This document shows, in pieces, positions 57,172-64,000 of a DNA stretch of 64,000 bases; positions within the stretch are counted from its first letter, which is position 1; the number at the start of each line of letters is the position of its first letter. The translations under genes were made by a program, and so were the position numbers. A model generated the notes under the pieces. It was not told where the DNA came from. It searched no databases and saw only the letters and a list, made by a program, of their open reading frames with translations. The stretch lies in NCBI GenBank assembly GCA_965228895.1, contig OZ245842.1, forward strand, positions 3,200,001-3,264,000. Reading direction: 5' to 3'. This DNA comes from Alphaproteobacteria bacterium. Its GTDB lineage: Bacteria; Pseudomonadota; Alphaproteobacteria; SP197.

Positions 57172-57969
57172 ATGACCAAGACCGAGATGAAGAAGCTTCA
57201 GAGGCTTCTGAACAAGACCGGCGGCCTCCTGGTGCCCGACGGCTTGACTGGGCGCAATACCAAACGCGCCGTCGCTGACGCCCGTCGCCTTGCCAAACTG
57301 CCGGTCCGCGGCGGCGCCGACGAGACTCTGATCACCTGGCTCAAAGCCCAGCCCGACCCCTCCCGCGATCTGCCGACCGAAGGCGTCACCGCCATCGCGC
57401 GCGATGAGGTCGGCAGCCGTGACTACTACGAAAAGACCGCCGCGAAGCCCCATTGGCCGGGCGGCGCCAGTGGCGTCACCATTGGTGTCGGTTACGACCT
57501 CCGCTTTTCCGTACAGATCTTCAAGACCGACTGGGCCGACAAGCTGACGCCTGAGGCGTTCGATGCGCTACGTCCACACCTCGGCAAACAGGGCAGCAAA
57601 GCGAAGGCCGACAAGCTGGCATGGATCGTCGTGCCGTGGACCACATCCTGGCAGGTCTTCATCGCGCGCAGCCTGCCCAGCTATGTCAATCGGACGCGCC
57701 GCGCCTTTCCCGGTTTCGACGACCTGCCGGGCCTGTGCCGCAGCGTTCTCGTCAGCCTGGTTTTCAACCGCGGCGCCAGCTTTAGGGACACCCGCAACCA
57801 GAACCGGCTGGAGATGCGCAACATCCGCGACCACATCGCCAACGGCAACCTTTCGGCGGTCGCCGATGAAATCCTTTCCATGCGCCGCTTGTGGTCGAAC
57901 AACACCGGTCTTCCGGCGCGGCGCGAACGCGAAGCCAAACTCTGGAAAAAGGGACTCAGGAGCCGTTAG
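57172..57969 (+). CDS. Pesticin C-terminal-like muramidase with N-terminal peptidoglycan-binding-like segment
   Basis: LQRLL..DGLTGRNT.RAV; DE..HWPGGASGVTIGVGYDL, LVSLVFNRG, L.ARREREA.LW. Confidence 0.85.
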   Translation: MTKTEMKKLQRLLNKTGGLLVPDGLTGRNTKRAVADARRLAKLPVRGGADETLITWLKAQPDPSRDLPTEGVTAIARDEVGSRDYYEKTAAKPHWPGGASGVTIGVGYDLRFSVQIFKTDWADKLTPEAFDALRPHLGKQGSKAKADKLAWIVVPWTTSWQVFIARSLPSYVNRTRRAFPGFDDLPGLCRSVLVSLVFNRGASFRDTRNQNRLEMRNIRDHIANGNLSAVADEILSMRRLWSNNTGLPARREREAKLWKKGLRSR

Positions 57970-57978
57970 GCGCGAGGC

Positions 57979-58668
57979 CTATGACGTAAACAGCGGATCG
58001 GTGGTCTCCGCCCATTCGGCGCGCAGCTTGTCGCCTTCGCCCTTGAACCGGTCGTCCAACGCTTCCATGGATTCAATCCGGTCGGCGCGGAAGTGGCGGA
58101 AATCCTGACGCAGCTCGCACCACGCCGCGATCACGGTGACGGAGATGTAATAGACGACGGCCAGCGGCAATATGGTCCGCTCGCTCGTCTCGCTCTTTTC
58201 GTTGCAGTACGTGATGGCAAGCTTGCGCTCCTCGCGCACCGCCTGGCGACAGACGCGCAGGTCGACGCTTGGATGCGGCGTGCCCCAGCCGGAAACCTTC
58301 AGCCACTCGCTTTCACGCCCGCCGGCCAAGCGTTCCGGCAGCACCTCGGCGATCTTGGCCGCCGCGCCATCGGCGGCATCCAGTAGGCCCTTGTCGCCCG
58401 TGCGCGTCACCAGCGACAGCCCGACCATGATGGCCTCGACCTCTTCGGACGAGAACATCAGCGGCGGCAGATCGAAGCCGCGCCGCATGACATAGCCGAT
58501 GCCCGCCGCCCCCTCGACCGGCACGCGCATCGCCTGAAGCGCGGCCATGTCGCGGTAGACGGTCCTCAGATTCACCTCCAGCGTCTCGGCGAGTTCCGCC
58601 GCCGTCACCGGCTGGCTCGCCTGACGCAGCAACTGAATGATTTCGAACAGCCTGTCGGCGCGTCGCAT
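57979..58668 (-). CDS. YafY-like HTH-WYL regulator
   Basis: MRRADRLFEIIQ.LR, RTVYRD, LPPLMF, AWCELRQDFRHFR.DRI. Confidence 0.93.
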   Translation of the reverse strand: MRRADRLFEIIQLLRQASQPVTAAELAETLEVNLRTVYRDMAALQAMRVPVEGAAGIGYVMRRGFDLPPLMFSSEEVEAIMVGLSLVTRTGDKGLLDAADGAAAKIAEVLPERLAGGRESEWLKVSGWGTPHPSVDLRVCRQAVREERKLAITYCNEKSETSERTILPLAVVYYISVTVIAAWCELRQDFRHFRADRIESMEALDDRFKGEGDKLRAEWAETTDPLFTS

Positions 58669-58699
58669 CGTCTCTCCTTGGCCGAAAGACTAGATCAAC

Positions 58700-58725
58700 A
58701 CTCCTGACAACATGGTGTCAGGAGT
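58700..58725. promoter_or_regulatory. Likely WYL regulator binding palindrome
   Basis: Perfect ACTCCTGACA-N6-TGTCAGGAGT between divergent genes. Confidence 0.75.
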
Positions 58726-58771
58726 ATCTTGCTATGCCAACCCTCGACACCGACCACGAGGGTGAGCCGCC

Positions 58772-59323
58772 ATGGCCAAGCCGACGACATCGCTCAGCAA
58801 GCCGCAGCAGGAGTTCATCGCCCGCCAGCGCCTCTTTTTTGTCGCGACAGCTGCGCCGGACGGGCGCGTCAACCTGTCGCCCAAGGGTCTCGACACGCTG
58901 AAGATCATGGCGCCCGACCGTATCGTCTGGCTCAGCCTTTCGGGCAGCGGCAACGAAACGGCGGCGCATCTCTTGGAGTCCGACCGCATGACGCTCATGT
59001 TCTGCGGCTTCGACGGCAAGCCCGGTATCATCCGCGTTTACGGTCATGCCCACGCCATCCATCCGCGCGACGACGCATGGAATGGCCTTGTCGGTCTCTT
59101 TCCCTCGCTGCCCGGCACCCGCCAGCTTTTCGACATGACGATCGACCTCGTGCAGACCTCCTGCGGCACCGGCATCCCGGAGTTCACATTCCAGAAGGAC
59201 CGAGCAACCGACCAACTCCTACCCTTCTACGATGCCATGGGCGCCGACGGCCTGAAGGCCTATTGGACCAAAAAGAACACCGTCAGCCTCGACGGCAAAT
59301 CGACCGGCATCTTCGAGCGTTGA
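58772..59323 (+). CDS. Pyridoxamine 5'-phosphate oxidase-like FMN-binding protein
   Basis: FFVATA, VNLSPKG, GSGNETAAH, QTSCG, KNTVSLDG. Confidence 0.9.
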   Translation: MAKPTTSLSKPQQEFIARQRLFFVATAAPDGRVNLSPKGLDTLKIMAPDRIVWLSLSGSGNETAAHLLESDRMTLMFCGFDGKPGIIRVYGHAHAIHPRDDAWNGLVGLFPSLPGTRQLFDMTIDLVQTSCGTGIPEFTFQKDRATDQLLPFYDAMGADGLKAYWTKKNTVSLDGKSTGIFER

Positions 59324-59326
59324 GCG

Positions 59327-60217
59327 GTGAAACACACAGCGGCCCATCACATTGGCATTGTGCTCGTGGCAATCTCCGCGATCGCCTGGAGCACGGCGGG
59401 CATCTTCACCAAAGGCATCACGGCCGATGTCTGGATTATCCTTTTCTGGCGCGGCCTGTTCAGCGCCGCCTTCATCGCGCTCTATGTCGCCTGGCGCAAC
59501 CCGCGTGCGACATGGGCCTGCTTCGGCGTCATGGGCCTGCCGGGCTGGGCGGTCGCGACCACCGGCACCATCGCGACCATCGCCTATCTCGCCTCGTTCA
59601 AGTTCACGACGGTCACCAACGTGGTCGTGATCTATGCCACCGCGCCTTTCGCGGCCGCGGCGATCGCCTGGCTCTTCGGGCGCGAGCGCACCAAACGCAC
59701 CACCCTTGTCGCCAGCGCTGCGGCTCTCATCGGTGTCGTCATCATGATGAGCGGATCGCTGGGCACGCCCAACCTGACCGGCGACCTGCTTGCCGTCGTC
59801 ATGACGGTCTTCATGGCGATCATGCTGGTCTTGATCGGGCGCTTTCCCGCCTCGCCCATGGTGCCGGCCATGGCGCTCTCTTCGCTTCAGATCACCATCA
59901 TCGCCTGCGTCCTCGTCGATCCCTTCGCGGTCAGCCTGGGTGAACTCTGGTGGCTGGTCGCCTTCGGCCTGGTCCAGGCCGGCGCCGTCATCCTGCTGAC
60001 CGAAGGCACGCGCCTCATCGCCGCGCCTCAGGCCGCCCTGATCGGCTCCCTCGATATCCCGCTCGCCCCGATCTGGGCCTGGCTCATCCTCGCCGAGCTG
60101 CCGCCGGCCGCGACTTTTGTCGGCGGCGCCGTCGTGCTCGCGGCCGTCGCCCTTCACATGCGGCGTGATTGGCAACGGCAACCGTCAACAACGCGCAAGC
60201 GCGCACGGCAACACTGA
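59327..60217 (+). CDS. DMT/EamA family transporter
   Basis: About 10 TM segments; WSTAGIF, LAPIWAWL..AE.P. Confidence 0.88.
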   Translation: MKHTAAHHIGIVLVAISAIAWSTAGIFTKGITADVWIILFWRGLFSAAFIALYVAWRNPRATWACFGVMGLPGWAVATTGTIATIAYLASFKFTTVTNVVVIYATAPFAAAAIAWLFGRERTKRTTLVASAAALIGVVIMMSGSLGTPNLTGDLLAVVMTVFMAIMLVLIGRFPASPMVPAMALSSLQITIIACVLVDPFAVSLGELWWLVAFGLVQAGAVILLTEGTRLIAAPQAALIGSLDIPLAPIWAWLILAELPPAATFVGGAVVLAAVALHMRRDWQRQPSTTRKRARQH

Positions 60218-60284
60218 TCCTTCGGCCACGACGCCGCCCTGGAATTGGTTATACTCCGCGGCCCATCGTCATGGACCCGGCCTC

Positions 60285-61442
<1,158 letters not shown>

Positions 61443-61464
61443 GCGCGAGTACGGGACGCCGCTT

Positions 61465-62289
61465 ATGGGAACCGACAGCAACGACGTACGTCTTCAAAGC
61501 GCGATAGCCAAATGGTCCCTCGAACCCGACGGCACGCCGATCGAAACGCCGTCAAGCTGGGTGTTGCCGGTTCGCCGCGACGGCCAACACGCCATGCTCA
61601 AGCTGATAAAGGACATCAGCGACGAAGAGCACGCCGCCGCCCTGCTCGCCTACTATGACGGCGATGGTGCGGTACGCTTGCTGAACGCGGCTCAAGACAT
61701 GGTCCTTACGGAACGCGCGATCGGCAATCGCTCGCTCGTCGCCATGGCGACATCCGGCCGCGACGACGAAGCAGCCGCCATCCTCGCCGAAACGACCGCA
61801 ATGTTGCACGCGCCACGGACGCAGCCGGTTCCCGCAACGCTTTGGCCTTTGGAGGAGTGGTTTTCGTCATTGTTCGAGCATGAGCACGAAAGCGCCCTGC
61901 TCGGTCGCTGCGCCGCCATGGCGCGGCGCCTGCTCGCCGCACCCACCGACACAACGCCGCTCCACGGCGACCTGCATCACGGGAATGTCTTGGACGGCGG
62001 CGAACGCGGCTGGCTGGCGATCGATCCGAAGGCCTTGCTCGGCGAATGCACCTACGACATCGCCAACCAACTCTGTAACCCCTACCCGCGCAGCGACGTC
62101 GTGCACGATGCCGACCGCTTCCAGCGACTGGCCGCGCTCTATGGCGAGCGGCTGGGGATCGAATCCCAGCGCATTCTCGACATGACGTTCGCCTATGCCG
62201 GCCTGTCGGCAAGCTGGGACATGGAAGACGGCGATCCCGGCTTCGCCCTCACCAACGCCGAGATCCTGGCCCCGCTCACCAGCAGCTAG
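61465..62289 (+). CDS. APH(6)/streptomycin 6-kinase-like phosphotransferase
   Basis: W.LEPDG..I.T.SS, AMLK, LHGDLHHGNVL, WLAIDPK, YDIAN. Confidence 0.88.
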   Translation: MGTDSNDVRLQSAIAKWSLEPDGTPIETPSSWVLPVRRDGQHAMLKLIKDISDEEHAAALLAYYDGDGAVRLLNAAQDMVLTERAIGNRSLVAMATSGRDDEAAAILAETTAMLHAPRTQPVPATLWPLEEWFSSLFEHEHESALLGRCAAMARRLLAAPTDTTPLHGDLHHGNVLDGGERGWLAIDPKALLGECTYDIANQLCNPYPRSDVVHDADRFQRLAALYGERLGIESQRILDMTFAYAGLSASWDMEDGDPGFALTNAEILAPLTSS

Positions 62290-62292
62290 GGC

Positions 62293-62796
62293 TCAGTCGG
62301 TACTCTTGTCCTTCTTGCCGCGGATCAGGTTCGCCAACATCGACATGATCGGTCCGACAACCTGCGGGCTCAGCGCGCCCATCGGATTGTGCGCGAACGA
62401 CTTGACGCTTTCGGTGATGCCTTCGACCTCGGACCTGACGGCACGCAGGTCCGCTTCGACCGACTTGGCGCCGGCTTCCAGGTCGGCCAGAGCCATGTCG
62501 CGAACTTCCTCCAGCATGCGTGTCTCGGTGCCCGGCTTCTGCGGCTGCGCACCGACAAAGAGAATGATCGCCAGCACGGTATCAATAGCGGCAACAACCA
62601 GCGCTGCCAGCGTCGGTTCCAGTAGCGGAGCCAAATAGAGATAACCCGCCACATTCAACATGGCGAAGGCGAACAGCCCGACAATGCCGGCCACCAGCAA
62701 CAGGCTGGTGCGCCGCACCATCGCGCGCAGCCTAAGCTCGGTCAGCAGGCGTTCCGTGCGCCACAAAATGCGCAGGTTGCGGATCAGCATATCCAT
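62293..62796 (-). CDS. YqjE/holin-X-like membrane protein
   Basis: Two TM helices followed by a coiled coil. Confidence 0.7.
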   Translation of the reverse strand: MDMLIRNLRILWRTERLLTELRLRAMVRRTSLLLVAGIVGLFAFAMLNVAGYLYLAPLLEPTLAALVVAAIDTVLAIILFVGAQPQKPGTETRMLEEVRDMALADLEAGAKSVEADLRAVRSEVEGITESVKSFAHNPMGALSPQVVGPIMSMLANLIRGKKDKSTD

Positions 62797-62807
62797 GATC
62801 CCGCCCC

Positions 62808-63170
62808 TTACCGGCTCAACAGACGGCCGGCGACGATGCCCAGAACGAACGCGGCGAGCACAGCGACCAGCGGACGCTCGGCGATTTCCTTACCGGCCTC
62901 GTCGGCCAGATCGCCCAGCGCCTTTTCGATATCCTTCAGCTGGCTCTCGTGTTCGTCGCCACCGTTCTCTTCACCGTCGCCATTGTCGTCATCAAGACCG
63001 TTGTCATCGTCGATGCCCGACACATCGCCGTCATCGGCATAGCCGTGCGTTGACGAGGCCCATTCGCGCCTCGCCTCCGCCGCCTCCTGCTCGTCGCGCG
63101 CGCGGCGCATCTCATCGACCTCCGCGCGCAGGTTTCTTATTTCGGCGCGTAGCGCCTCCTTGCTGGGCAT
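62808..63170 (-). CDS. ElaB/YqjD (DUF883)-like tail-anchored protein
   Basis: C-terminal ERPLVAVLAAFVLGIVAGRLLSR; acidic linker; GGAG RBS. Confidence 0.7.
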   Translation of the reverse strand: MPSKEALRAEIRNLRAEVDEMRRARDEQEAAEARREWASSTHGYADDGDVSGIDDDNGLDDDNGDGEENGGDEHESQLKDIEKALGDLADEAGKEIAERPLVAVLAAFVLGIVAGRLLSR

Positions 63171-63189
63171 CGCGCTCTCCTTAGTGTTG

Positions 63190-63417
63190 CTACAGGGCTT
63201 TTCTTAGTCGTTCGTAGGCCTTCTCGAGCTCGGTCCCCAATTGATCGATGGCGTCGCCAATCGCCTTGCCGCTATCGTTCAACTCCGCGTCGGTCTGGAA
63301 CTTGTTCCACTTCTTCTCCAACTCGTCCCATTCGTCCTGGGCATCCTTGGATCCCAGATGGATCTTCAAGGCCAGTTCGTCGCGGCGGCGTTTCAGGTCT
63401 TCGATCATCTCGTTCAT
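63190..63417 (-). CDS. Small coiled-coil protein (75 aa)
   Basis: LKRRRDEL.LKIHLG..DA.DEW.ELEKKW..AYERL; GGAG upstream. Confidence 0.75.
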   Translation of the reverse strand: MNEMIEDLKRRRDELALKIHLGSKDAQDEWDELEKKWNKFQTDAELNDSGKAIGDAIDQLGTELEKAYERLRKAL

Positions 63418-63523
63418 GCTCGTCACTATCCAACTCCCGTATTTGGCTGCGCACACGCGCCATGATAGCAAAGCCATACGTTCGTCATAGCCCGGTGCGG
63501 TCTGAGCGATAGGAGTACCTCTG

Positions 63524-64000
63524 ATGACCATAAAAACGCCTAGCGCCATCCCAAGTCCCACTCTTGAGGTCGGGCCCGACAACCTCTCGTCCTGGAGCCG
63601 GGCCGACACGCGCCGCTGGGGGTTCCATAACCTCCATTCTCTATCGCGTTTCAGCTTTTCGGTACGCGCGCCCGCGGTGATGCCGCTCAAAAAGGCCGCA
63701 GATTTGCGCATTCTGGACCTGCCGCGGGTGCAGAAGCTGACGGCGACCCCGTTCTTTTCGGCTATGGCGGTCGTGCGTGGCGGTGACGTCATCTACGAGC
63801 GCTACGCGCCGGACTTCGGCCCCGATCGCGTGCACTCCATGCAGTCGATCACCAAGACCACGGTGCACCTGATCATCGCCAACCTGGTTGGCCAAGGTCT
63901 CCTGGATATGGCCCAGCGTGTCGATCACTACGTGCCCGAGATGGGCTCCGGCTACGCCTCGGCAACTGTCCAGCAAGTCGCCAACATGGATGTCGCCAAC
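63524..64000 (+). CDS. Serine hydrolase, beta-lactamase family (NylB-like), 3' partial
   Basis: AGGAG RBS; manual translation gives IYERY, HSMQSITK (SxxK), YVPE, ATVQQ; open to the window end. Confidence 0.85.
   Translation, partial: MTIKTPSAIPSPTLEVGPDNLSSWSRADTRRWGFHNLHSLSRFSFSVRAPAVMPLKKAADLRILDLPRVQKLTATPFFSAMAVVRGGDVIYERYAPDFGPDRVHSMQSITKTTVHLIIANLVGQGLLDMAQRVDHYVPEMGSGYASATVQQVANMDVAN

Noticed and set aside
62293-62796. Holin for the muramidase at 57172
   Set aside because: More than 4 kb away, on the opposite strand, and within a yqj-like operon

Overview
GC-rich chromosomal window, most likely from an alphaproteobacterium (inferred from porin type, mtgA, gfa and REP/BoxC-like palindromes). 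It is densely coding, with about 77 genes that are mostly accessory metabolic, transport and regulatory. I found no rRNA, tRNA, CRISPR array or intact transposase. All product calls come from motif recognition, not database searches. The main observations that the ORF track misses or truncates are: (1) an 8-codon leader ORF (MSEAVVIG) complementary to the ribosome-binding region of a solo YjhX/TopAI toxin gene, resembling the E. coli toiL attenuator; (2) two paralogous ~50-aa lipoprotein genes with a shared 23-bp upstream motif, flanking a secreted Gly/Asn-repeat protein; (3) a SIR2-like DUF4917 gene in an AT-richer islet whose only plausible start is CTG; (4) a decayed phage late region (promoter, terminator, terminase small subunit fragment); (5) an MFS gene with no canonical start ahead of its first helix; (6) an APC permease broken by one in-frame TAA. 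Also notable are a P3A-type H+-ATPase/PPK2/anion permease/cardiolipin synthase cluster, an NCS2 permease with an RsbW-like C-terminal extension, tandem 208-aa secreted paralogs, a pesticin-like muramidase, a RES-Xre toxin-antitoxin pair and five GFA-domain genes.
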